Assembly: GCA_031265685.1 (NCBI GenBank) | Contig: JAISCI010000029.1 | Location: 1 to 50,123 of the forward strand | Source: Clostridiales bacterium | Lineage (GTDB): Bacteria > Bacillota > Clostridia > Lachnospirales > WRAX01 | DNA: 50,123 nucleotides | Direction: 5' to 3' | Shown: positions 1-8,281 of the stretch, in pieces | How positions within the stretch are numbered: position 1 is the stretch's first letter | Layout of the letters: each line of letters begins with the position of its first letter | The notes under the pieces: generated by a model | Database searches by the model: none | Told to the model about the DNA's origin: nothing | What the model saw: only the letters and a program-made list of their open reading frames with translations | Position numbers and translations under genes: made by a program

Positions 1-88
1 CATTATAATTAAGATCCGCCAGCCGCTACTCACAGTTCGCCTGATCACGGCGTTTTTTGTTTGGCTGGTGGGTTTTTCAATTATAATG
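1..88. repeat. Imperfect inverted repeat / hairpin element (may be cut by window edge)
   Basis: cattataattaagatccgccagcc (1-24) pairs with ggctggtgggtttttcaattataatg (63-88). Confidence 0.6.
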
Positions 89-189
89 AGTGGTGGATTT
101 TTCGGTTGACAAATACATACAAGGCAAACCCTCCAAAGTACGACAGAAAATCTATAGCATGGGAGTTATGCCGCCTGATACTGAACTAT

Positions 190-496
190 GAATTTTGCCA
201 GAACCCGCAAAATTCCTTTACTCGCGCAATGCGCGGCGTGCCGCTGGTACCGGCTGATAGCTGAATTTTGCGTGAACCAAGCAAAATTCATTAATCCATA
301 CATAGCAAAGGGAGTTCCTGATAATGCTAAAGCAAACCAACATGCGGACGTCGGCGTATAACCGGGTCAGCGAGGCGCTGACGGCCGAATTGAAGCGGAG
401 AAGAGAGAGGAGGTGCAGCCATGTTAATAAAAGAAAACATCTTGCGATTGGCGAACGGCGCAATCGATGAATTTTGCTTGAACCACGCAAAAATTC
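190..496. repeat. Three single copies of palindromic family-A unit (190-215, 263-289, 469-496)
   Basis: gaattttgc-cagaaccc-gcaaaattc; gaattttgc-gtgaaccaa-gcaaaattc; gaattttgc-ttgaaccac-gcaaaaattc. Confidence 0.9.
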
Positions 497-715
497 AGAG
501 CCGCGCAAGATGATTATTGATGTAAGCGTTCAGAAAGAATGTCAAACATCTCTATGTAAAATGACAACTTTTTTCTCTGTCAAACAAACGAAAAAACGTT
601 CCACATGTACGATAAATCATCGTACACATAAAACATTTTATATACAGCGTGTATCCAATTTTACATCATAAACAGAATCAAAATAACATCAACAGTAACT
701 CTTTATAATTGACTA

Positions 716-883
716 CTAGTAATTCCAAACTATCAACTCCTTATAATTTTCTCGATTTTCATATCGGCTTGTCAGACTGTTTGATCGCGAAACATGCTCA
801 ATATTAAACCCGCCGTACAACTCCCGAACAAACTCACAGTCATTATAAGACAGTATGAACCGTCCTTTAATCGCCGTTAACAA
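716..883 (-). pseudogene. C-terminal fragment of Dam-type (D12 class) DNA adenine methyltransferase
   Basis: LLTAIKGRFILSYNDCEFVRELY...YKELIVWNY resembles the KF(I/L)LSYND...ELLI.NY tail of Dam-family enzymes; no DPPY or FxG motif upstream. Confidence 0.65.
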
Positions 884-921
884 GCGGATGTCGATTGAGA
901 TAACAGACCGGAGGAATCGAA

Positions 922-1048
922 ATGAACCTTGACGAGAGCAAACTGGCGGGACGCTACCAAGTGACCGCCGCGCGCAAGGATAACGGCGAACGGGTGACGG
1001 GTTATTACTACTGCGGAGCGGCGGCAAACGGCATAATATGCCATTGCG
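922..1048 (+). pseudogene. Truncated phage YopX-like N-terminal fragment
   Basis: GGAGG RBS then ATG at 922; ARKDNGERVTGYY resembles the YopX motif GKRxDNGEWVYGY; runs into the right inverted arm. Confidence 0.35.
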
Positions 1049-1291
1049 TTGTTAACGGCGGTTGCAGATTTTGCGTGATGGAATTTCGCATCGCATTTTC
1101 GCGTGACAGAAGTTTGTATGGTTCACACAAAATCCATAGGCCGGTTCATACTGTCTTATAATGACTGTGAGTTTGTTAGGGAGATGTATGGTGAGTTTAA
1201 TATTGAGCATGTTTCGCGGTCAAACAGTCTGACAAGCCGATATGAAAATCGAGAAAATTATAGGGAGTTGATCGTTCGGAATTACCAATAG
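1049..1291 (+). pseudogene. Second Dam-type methyltransferase C-terminal fragment, interrupted by a 72-bp family-A composite
   Basis: LLTAV-[insert 1064-1135]-IGRFILSYNDCEFVREMY...ELIVRNYQ. Confidence 0.65.
1064..1135. repeat. Partial nested family-A composite
   Basis: gattttgc gtga tg gaatttcgc atc gcattttcgc gtga ca gaagtttgt atggttcac acaaaatcc; absent from the paralogous arm at 841-883. Confidence 0.8.
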
Positions 1292-1642
1292 TTAATTATT
1301 TATAGCGGCTATTAGCGTTGTTTTGATTCTGCCTATAGTATAAAATTAGATTCATATGGCATACGAAAACGTTCTATGTGTATAAAGATTTTTGAACGTC
1401 TTGCTGAACGCTTACAGCGACGGACGAAAATTATTCAAGCAGCGTGAAATATTATGCGGTTAATTTAGATTTATAAATGAATTTTATACATTATAAGCGG
1501 ATGGATTATACAAATTCGCAGTCTGGAGCCAAGACAGCCGTTTAACGCGCGTAACGCTCTTATAACGCCATTCCTTTCCCGGTTTATCCCGCTTGCGGGC
1601 TGATTGGTGGTTTGATGTTTTTTGTGTTAACAGTGGATTGAC

Positions 1643-1678
1643 AAAAGAACCGCCCCCATGTGCGTGGGGACGGTTCTT
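1643..1678 (-). terminator. Intrinsic terminator of the 2029-aa gene
   Basis: aagaaccgtcccca/tgggggcggttctt stem followed by T-run on the minus strand, just past the stop at 1685. Confidence 0.75.
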
Positions 1679-1684
1679 AAAACT

Positions 1685-4600
1685 TCAAAACTGTATAGTA
1701 TACGATTCAGACAGTGGTTCGTATGTAACCGGATCCCAGGCGAAGGCTGTCACCCATCCGCCAACCGAGCCTGTCGCGCCGATATTCACAATCGCCGTGC
1801 CGGAATCGGCCTCCGCCGTGCCGCTCTGCTGACTTATCGCCGTCAGGCGGCCGTCGGCGCCGTATGTAGCGGCGATAAGCTGGTAACCGCGAGGAGACGT
1901 CGTCGTGTTCGTTATCGCAAAGTCGGCTGTGGCGGACGTTCCATCTCCCGCGACGTCTATCGCGATGCTGAACACGGGTTCGGTAAACCGCGCGTAGAGT
2001 ACGAAATACTGCTCGTCGTCACGCTGAGGCGACGGGAATGCCGTCACCGCGTTTCCGCCCGTCTCCGCGTCAAACCAGCCGCGGAATACCAGATCGGTGT
2101 CGGCGAACGCCGCCGCGCCCGGAAGCGCCGGAAACGTGTCGGTCGTCAGCCATACGCCGGATCTGTCCTGACCGGTCTTAAGCGCGACGTCCGAGACAAG
2201 CCTGACGTGGTACGTGCCGTACGGCGTACCGGAAGCGGATCCCGCCTGACTGTACGCGTAATCGCCGTACATCGCGCGGACCCGCACGGTCTGCGGCGCG
2301 CCGTCCGCAAGCCCGTCAACGGCGCCGCTCAGCTTAGCCGCGGATGTTTCGGCAAACTTGACCCAAGACGTCCCCCCGTCGATGGAATACTGATACCCTG
2401 TTATCGTCAGTCCGGTCTGCGCGGCGGGCGCAGTCCAAGATACGGCCAGCTGGCCGCTGGTGCCGGTCGCCGACGCGGAGACGTTCGCCGGCGAAACGGC
2501 CGGCTGATCCACTACGGTGTATGTCAGCGTCGAGGTGCGCAGGGCGTTCGTGTCGTCGCCGAACTTCGTCGTCAGCACGCCGGTGTACGTCCCGGCGGCC
2601 TTTCCCAGTTTCGGGGAGACGTCGTAATAGTACCAGACGTCCGCCGCGTCGTTGTACGTTCCGGTCGCGGGGCCGTCGGAATCGTAGTTGTTCGTCCCGT
2701 TGGCGTCCCAAGACGCGGTGTAATTCTTGTTGGTCGTACCGGTGCCGTAGCTTCGGTGGATCGCCGTTATGACTACGGACGGCACATCCGCGTACCCGAC
2801 GACGAACGTCCCAAAATTGTACGTCTGCGGGACGACGATGTTGCCGTAGCCGTTCGGCGCCAGCCACTGAGCGTAGACCGTCGCCGTTTCGGTCGGCGTT
2901 ACGTTCAGCTGAGCGCCGCCCGTCGCGGCGGTGAACCAGCCGGTCAGGCCGTAAATATCCGGGTTGGTCGCCGTCGTGTATTCGCTGATAACGTTGCGGT
3001 TGGATGGGAGCGCCTTATACTGCCCGTATGTCTCCGGCGTTATCGTTATCGCGTAGGTTGTGTTCGATCCGCCCGTCGTCGGCCATGGGGTTGAAGCGTC
3101 GCTGTCGTCGCGCCAATGCGTCAGCGTCGTGTTGGAACTGCCGGGCGTGTTCAAGCTGAACGTCACGACCCAGCTGCCGTCGGCGTTGACGTTTTTCGGA
3201 ATTCCGCTGCGGATATTAGACGGATCGCCCGGTTCGTCGGTCTCCGACGACGCGCGGACGCGGACGTAATACAGCGTGCCGTTGGTCAGCCCGGTAATCG
3301 CGCCGGACGTTACGGCCTGGCTCGACGCTCCGGGTATCTGCGTCCACGTCTCGGGCCACGTCACCCCGTCCGCGGACGTCTGGTACTGATAACCCGAGAC
3401 GTTGCCGGACACCTCGACCCACGACAGCGATAGCGTGCCGTTGCCTCCCGCGAGCGAATGCCCGTCGTCGGCTGTCGGCAGCAGCACCGCACGGCCAGCC
3501 TGCGGCGCGGAAGGCCGCGCGGCCAGCCCGTTCGATGCGGGACCTCCGCCGGACGCCGCCGCGGCGCGTACGATAAACGCATACAACGTGCCGTTGGTCA
3601 TGTCCGAGCCGGTTGAATTGCGCCCGGTAACGGCGCTCAGCGTGCCGTCCCCGTTATCGGCTACTTGGTTGTAGCCGTCCTGAAGGTCGGCGAAATTCAT
3701 CCATGTGTCTCCGGCGTCGTTCGAGTATTCGTACCACTCCGCCCCGGGCACTGCCGTCCACGTCAGCATGACCCGCCGCGACACGCCGGTGCCTTCGGCC
3801 GAAACAAGCTCCGGTGCGGACGGCACGATATTGATCGTTATGGCGGCGGTCTTGGAACCCGCGCCGGAGACGACGGTCACGGAACCCGTGTGCGAGCCGA
3901 CCGCCAGACCCGTGACGGGCGTTACGGCTATCGTTGAGGATGATTCGCTCGTCGGGTTAACCGGAACCGCCGCGCCGACGCTGAACGAATCGCCGTCCCG
4001 CGTGACGCTCGTAATCGTGAGCTGGTTGCCGCCGACGTTGCTGAAAATAAGATTTTGCGCCGGTATCGACGCGTATCCGTCCGTCGCCGTGAACGTCAGA
4101 GATTCGGTCAGAACCGCCTGATTGTCCAGCAGCGCGTATTTCGCGTATACGGTGATCACGTCTCCGCCAAGCAGCTCCGTCTGCGGCGCCGCGGTTATCC
4201 GAGTGTAAGCCGTGCCCGTCAGGGCCGGCGTGCCGTACCAGGCGACCGCGCCGTAGCCGGTCTTCGACGCGGACGGAAGGTCTGTAGCCGCGCCGTATGT
4301 GTGTACCGCGGGAGCGCCGTCCGCCAGCGTCCCGCCGTCAAGTACGTAGTCGATCGCATACTGTTTGCTAAGAACAAGGTTCTGCCCGGTCACATCCGCG
4401 CCGGAAACCGCGAAGCCGGCTGTCGCGCCTCCCGCGTACCCGTCGGCGGAAACCTCGATTGTGTAGCCGGTTCCGTCGCCCACGCCGCTGATGGTGTAAG
4501 TGCCGTCGCCGGATGTGGCCGCCGAGCCGATCACGGCGTCGCCCTGCCGTAGCGTAACCGAGGCGCCCGCGATATTGACCGCGCCCGGGCTGCCGGTGAT

Positions 4601-7600
4601 CCTGCCGGATACCTTCGCGCCGGAGGACACCACGATATAGATGTTGTACTCCTTCGCGGACTCGGGGGAATTCAGCTTATGGTATATAGTGGACGAGTTG
4701 GTATCCAGCTCGCGTACCATATACGTCACGGGCGTGGCCGTACCGGCGTTCGCGTTCGCCGTCACGCCGCTCTCGGTTACAACGGCGTCCGAGAAGCTGC
4801 GGGCGTATCCGGCGGCGTAATCCACCGTCGATCCGCGGTTGATGAAGAAACGCGGTATGAGAGAGGTAAGGTTCGCGCCCGCGTCCGCCAGCGTTATCCA
4901 TATGTCTTTGCCGCCGCTCGCGTTGGCCTGCTCAACCCAGTTAGTTATCGTCTGTCCCTTGAAGTTAAACTTCTCCTGGCTGTTCGCGCCCGTGTACATA
5001 AAGTTGCCGGAGACCGGCTCGGGCTCGGCGTAGTACCAGCCGTCGCGGCCGGTTCTGCCGCCCGTGCCGCCGGACATGGTGTTGTATCCGCCGTAATAGT
5101 AATCATAGGCGCTCATCGTCTGCGCGACGCTGCTGATCGTGCCCTTGCTGCTCGTAACGCTCACCGCTATGGCGCCCGACACGTTGCGGTCGCCGAAAGG
5201 ATCCTTGGAGATCGCCTCGGCGGGCGCGGTGGTATTGCCCACGCCGCTCGTCGCGGCGTATTTGGCTATCTGGGCGTTCGCGCCGGTTACGTTGTTTCTG
5301 TGCGGGTCGCCGGCAGTATAAAAGTCTACGAAGCTGCTGCCAACGTAGTTATTTGGATCGTACCCGGAGGACGGGCCGAGGAAGCGGTAGACCGCCTTGG
5401 CCATCGACGCGGCGGCCGCGTCCTGCAGGGTGTTGTCGTTGTGGTCGTTTATGCTGGTGTTTCCGACGATAACCATGCGGTCGGGCGCGAAAGTCGCGAT
5501 CAGCTCGTCTTTGTCATACGGCAGATGGTTCCAGAAGCCGAACGAGCCGTTATACATACGGGACTGGCTGCCGATCGGATTGACGAAGGCGAACAGATGG
5601 TTTTCGCGGCCAAGGTTCAGGGTGTACGCGCTCAGCGTCTCGTTGCCCCAGCCGTAATCCGTCGCGTATCCAGCCGTGGTTCCGTAGCCCGCGCCCGTCC
5701 AGTTATAGGCCTGGCCGTAGTTGCTGTAGCGCCAAAGCCCCGCGCCCGAAGCGCCCGAAGCGCCCGGAACGGCGATATATACGCGTTCGTCGAACAGAGC
5801 GCACGCGAACGCTACCTTGCCGTTGATCGAGAAGCCCGTTATGGTGGCGCGTATTGGATAACACTTTTTGTACAGATCGTCGTCCTTATGCGAAAGCATG
5901 TAGGCTTCCAGCACTTCCAGCTGAGCGTGCAGGCTTATCGCCGGTCCCATAATGTTCGAGTAACCGTTGGCCGTCTGGTAGTCGTTGGCATACCCGTTCA
6001 CCGTCGAGCTGTGTGATCCGACCACGTTGTTGCGCGTATCGGTGACAGTAGTGCTGAATGTCATGGTAATCGAGTTGGGAACGGTCAAACCGCTGCCGAT
6101 ATTGATGAACGCGCCCGCCGATACGCCGCTGGCTGAGCCAAGCGTCACCGTTATGTTCTGATTGGCGCCGCCGTTGTACTTAACCACGCCGGTGACGTTG
6201 TTGCCGTTCTTTGCCGTGCTGACGACGGTTATCTCGGGCATCAGGCCGTATTCGTACATCTGTGCCATCTTTAGTACCTCTTCGCGCCGGCCCCCAACGC
6301 CGAACCAGTCCGCGTTGTTGAGGACCTTTCCGTCGTGACCCTCGCCTATACCGTTGTTTAGCGCCACGTCGGGTTCGCCGTATACGTCCGTGTACTCGCC
6401 CTGCGCCGCCTTGTACGTCACGAACTCATACGGGTTCGGCAGCGTCTGCTGCGCGGGCAGGTTGCGCGGGTCGGGGAAGCGCGTGTCATACCACCGCAGC
6501 CCGTCGAACGCCTTAAGCGCGGCGAGCATATTGGCCTGGTTCTCCGTAGCGCTCCACGTATTGTATGCCGCGGTCCACCTGTCGCGCGAATCCGGCGTCC
6601 ACAGGTTGGGACTGGTGTTAAGTCCGTATCGCGCGTCGTTTCTGTTCCAGAACCACTGATCCTGCGTAACCGCCCACGCGCTGTAGGCGAAGCTGTTCGC
6701 GTCCGCCGGGTAGGATGCGGCGCGTCCCGATACCGTCGGCGCGCCCGTCAGCGTCACTATACCCGCCGAGCGGTTACGCGAGCGCTCGTTGTTGAAGTTC
6801 GGCGCGGCGGTATCGGCGTCCGCCGCCACGTAGTTCTTCGCCGACCAGAGCGTCCACGCCGCCGTGCCGCCACCGTTGTGATAGGCCAGCTCCAGGCCGA
6901 CCTCCGTGCCGTTCGTCAGCGGGAAGTCCCAGTCGCTGCCCCAACCGGCTATCTCGATGGCGATCTTGAAAAGCGTGTGCGTCGTGTTGTTCTCGACGGC
7001 GTAAGCCTTGATACGCGGGCCGTTGTACCACGGGTGATTCGTATTGTAGGGCGAGTTGCCCGCGATCATGCCGCCTGAGCCGAACGACGTGTACGCGGTT
7101 CCGTTCGTCGTGGACGCGCCGGATATGTACATCCACCCGGTGGTGTCGGTCTCGAACGCCAGCATCTCGTTGCGCAGATCCAGCTGAATACCGAGATAGT
7201 CGTTGCTGCTGGTGCCTATGCCGGCTGCAGTCGTGTCGGGAGGCGCGCCGCCGTTCGACGTCGTGTCCGCCATGTCGAGCAGCGCGTAGAGCGTCGGCCC
7301 GTCCCACAGGAACTTGACCGTTCCGGTCGGAGCGCCTGTAGTCGTCGCGGTGCGGGCCTCGGTGAACATGCCGTTCACCGTGTAACTCGCCGCGCCTGCC
7401 CAGGCGGTCGCCTCGGCTCCCGTGCCGGTTCCCGCCACGGCCATGTTGACGGAGGTCGCCCCGCCGCCCGCCGCCGGGGCAACGAACGCCGCGTTGGCCT
7501 TCGCGCGGTCATAGAGAATCCATTCGTTGTTGGTATTGCTCCAATGTGCCATGTTCGTGTTGGGACGATAGGCGTACTCGCCGGGGCGCGCCCCGTACGG

Positions 7601-7774
7601 ATACGTTGAGTCGTCCCCCGCCACATACGCGCTGCTTGTCAGCGTCTTGCGCTGATCCAGCAGGTTGCCGACGGGACCGGCGGCGGCCGCCCGCGCCGGT
7701 GTGACCACCAGCGCGGAAACGATCGTTACGACCGCCGTCGCTGCCGCGAAAATTCGCGGCAGTGTCTTTTTCAT
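1685..7774 (-). CDS. Secreted multidomain protein: CBM9/DOMON-like domain, CE15 glucuronoyl-esterase-like domain, carboxypeptidase-regulatory-like Ig, InlB B/Listeria-Bacteroides repeats, FnIII domains, conserved C-terminal domain
   Basis: Signal peptide MKKTLPR..ARA; LWDGPTLYALLDMAD; LPNPYEF..W..RREE..YEYG; TGFSINGK..FDERV..PGASGASG; LPYDKDELIATFAP; FnIII-type Y.VRVRA motifs; GAGGAG RBS. Confidence 0.85.
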   Translation of the reverse strand: MKKTLPRIFAAATAVVTIVSALVVTPARAAAAGPVGNLLDQRKTLTSSAYVAGDDSTYPYGARPGEYAYRPNTNMAHWSNTNNEWILYDRAKANAAFVAPAAGGGATSVNMAVAGTGTGAEATAWAGAASYTVNGMFTEARTATTTGAPTGTVKFLWDGPTLYALLDMADTTSNGGAPPDTTAAGIGTSSNDYLGIQLDLRNEMLAFETDTTGWMYISGASTTNGTAYTSFGSGGMIAGNSPYNTNHPWYNGPRIKAYAVENNTTHTLFKIAIEIAGWGSDWDFPLTNGTEVGLELAYHNGGGTAAWTLWSAKNYVAADADTAAPNFNNERSRNRSAGIVTLTGAPTVSGRAASYPADANSFAYSAWAVTQDQWFWNRNDARYGLNTSPNLWTPDSRDRWTAAYNTWSATENQANMLAALKAFDGLRWYDTRFPDPRNLPAQQTLPNPYEFVTYKAAQGEYTDVYGEPDVALNNGIGEGHDGKVLNNADWFGVGGRREEVLKMAQMYEYGLMPEITVVSTAKNGNNVTGVVKYNGGANQNITVTLGSASGVSAGAFINIGSGLTVPNSITMTFSTTVTDTRNNVVGSHSSTVNGYANDYQTANGYSNIMGPAISLHAQLEVLEAYMLSHKDDDLYKKCYPIRATITGFSINGKVAFACALFDERVYIAVPGASGASGAGLWRYSNYGQAYNWTGAGYGTTAGYATDYGWGNETLSAYTLNLGRENHLFAFVNPIGSQSRMYNGSFGFWNHLPYDKDELIATFAPDRMVIVGNTSINDHNDNTLQDAAAASMAKAVYRFLGPSSGYDPNNYVGSSFVDFYTAGDPHRNNVTGANAQIAKYAATSGVGNTTAPAEAISKDPFGDRNVSGAIAVSVTSSKGTISSVAQTMSAYDYYYGGYNTMSGGTGGRTGRDGWYYAEPEPVSGNFMYTGANSQEKFNFKGQTITNWVEQANASGGKDIWITLADAGANLTSLIPRFFINRGSTVDYAAGYARSFSDAVVTESGVTANANAGTATPVTYMVRELDTNSSTIYHKLNSPESAKEYNIYIVVSSGAKVSGRITGSPGAVNIAGASVTLRQGDAVIGSAATSGDGTYTISGVGDGTGYTIEVSADGYAGGATAGFAVSGADVTGQNLVLSKQYAIDYVLDGGTLADGAPAVHTYGAATDLPSASKTGYGAVAWYGTPALTGTAYTRITAAPQTELLGGDVITVYAKYALLDNQAVLTESLTFTATDGYASIPAQNLIFSNVGGNQLTITSVTRDGDSFSVGAAVPVNPTSESSSTIAVTPVTGLAVGSHTGSVTVVSGAGSKTAAITINIVPSAPELVSAEGTGVSRRVMLTWTAVPGAEWYEYSNDAGDTWMNFADLQDGYNQVADNGDGTLSAVTGRNSTGSDMTNGTLYAFIVRAAAASGGGPASNGLAARPSAPQAGRAVLLPTADDGHSLAGGNGTLSLSWVEVSGNVSGYQYQTSADGVTWPETWTQIPGASSQAVTSGAITGLTNGTLYYVRVRASSETDEPGDPSNIRSGIPKNVNADGSWVVTFSLNTPGSSNTTLTHWRDDSDASTPWPTTGGSNTTYAITITPETYGQYKALPSNRNVISEYTTATNPDIYGLTGWFTAATGGAQLNVTPTETATVYAQWLAPNGYGNIVVPQTYNFGTFVVGYADVPSVVITAIHRSYGTGTTNKNYTASWDANGTNNYDSDGPATGTYNDAADVWYYYDVSPKLGKAAGTYTGVLTTKFGDDTNALRTSTLTYTVVDQPAVSPANVSASATGTSGQLAVSWTAPAAQTGLTITGYQYSIDGGTSWVKFAETSAAKLSGAVDGLADGAPQTVRVRAMYGDYAYSQAGSASGTPYGTYHVRLVSDVALKTGQDRSGVWLTTDTFPALPGAAAFADTDLVFRGWFDAETGGNAVTAFPSPQRDDEQYFVLYARFTEPVFSIAIDVAGDGTSATADFAITNTTTSPRGYQLIAATYGADGRLTAISQQSGTAEADSGTAIVNIGATGSVGGWVTAFAWDPVTYEPLSESYTIQF

Positions 7775-7896
7775 GTCGCATTACTCCTCTCTGTCCGACC
7801 GCGCCCCGCGGCGCGACACCCGCCGCCCGAAATTAGTCAAAGGCGGGCGTTCCCCCCGCGCCCGAGCCGGAATTGACAAAAGCGCCGCAAGTTTCA

Positions 7897-7947
7897 TGAA
7901 ATTACTTTCACAAGATGATTATAAGTCCGCAACCGTTAGTTTGTCAA
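7897..7947 (-). promoter_or_regulatory. SigmaA promoter with downstream LacI/CcpA-like palindrome
   Basis: Minus strand TTGACA (7947-7942), 18 bp, TATAAT (7923-7918); TGAAATTACTTTCA at 7897-7910. Confidence 0.65.
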
Positions 7948-8153
7948 TATAATATTATAATTTGCTACGAAATTTTATAAAAATCTTTGCAAATTTGTGA
8001 AAATAGTAGGTAACGCACAGAAGATTTGCGGAATTAACGGGCGTATTGCGCAACGCTCCGCGAAAGATGTTTCACAACAGGGAGGGGGATACCCGTCCGG
8101 TTATCCCCCGTTTCACAGCGCCGGCTCCGAAAGGCGATTCGCGCTTAATACCA

Positions 8154-8281
8154 ATACTAATCTCCATTTTGAGGAATAGAAAAGATTTTTCAAGTCCGCG
8201 CTTCCGCTTTGAAAAATATTTTCTACCAATCTAACGGAGATTAGCATGATCTCCATTTGAGGAATAGAAAAGATTTTTCAG
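8154..8281. repeat. Family-B hairpin element (8154-8247) plus tandem partial copy (8248-8281) overlapping the uxaE 3' end
   Basis: Termini atactaatctcc / ggagattagcat; inner aaagatttttcaa / ttgaaaaatattt; atctccattt(t)gaggaatagaaaagatttttca occurs twice. Confidence 0.8.

Larger units (their letters stand above)
521..1416. repeat. Diverged inverted duplication (arms ~521-883 and ~1049-1416)
   Basis: Both arms encode the near-identical peptide GRFILSYNDCEFVRE..ELIV.NY on opposite strands; the downstream non-coding DNA also aligns (ttttgattctg, ctgaacgcttaca). Confidence 0.85.

Noticed and set aside
190-496. Possible CRISPR array or operator cluster
   Set aside because: Gaps of 47 and 179 bp; the same unit occurs nested and inside genes elsewhere.
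2331-2360. Further in-gene family-A copies (also 21212-21240)
   Set aside because: Arm pairing and loop match are too weak to distinguish from chance.
1658-6016. Long plus-strand ORFs (1658-3094, 4679-6016) and similar ones at 8282, 9583, 11373, 26170, 42194
   Set aside because: Arg-rich antisense shadows of well-supported genes, expected in high-GC DNA.
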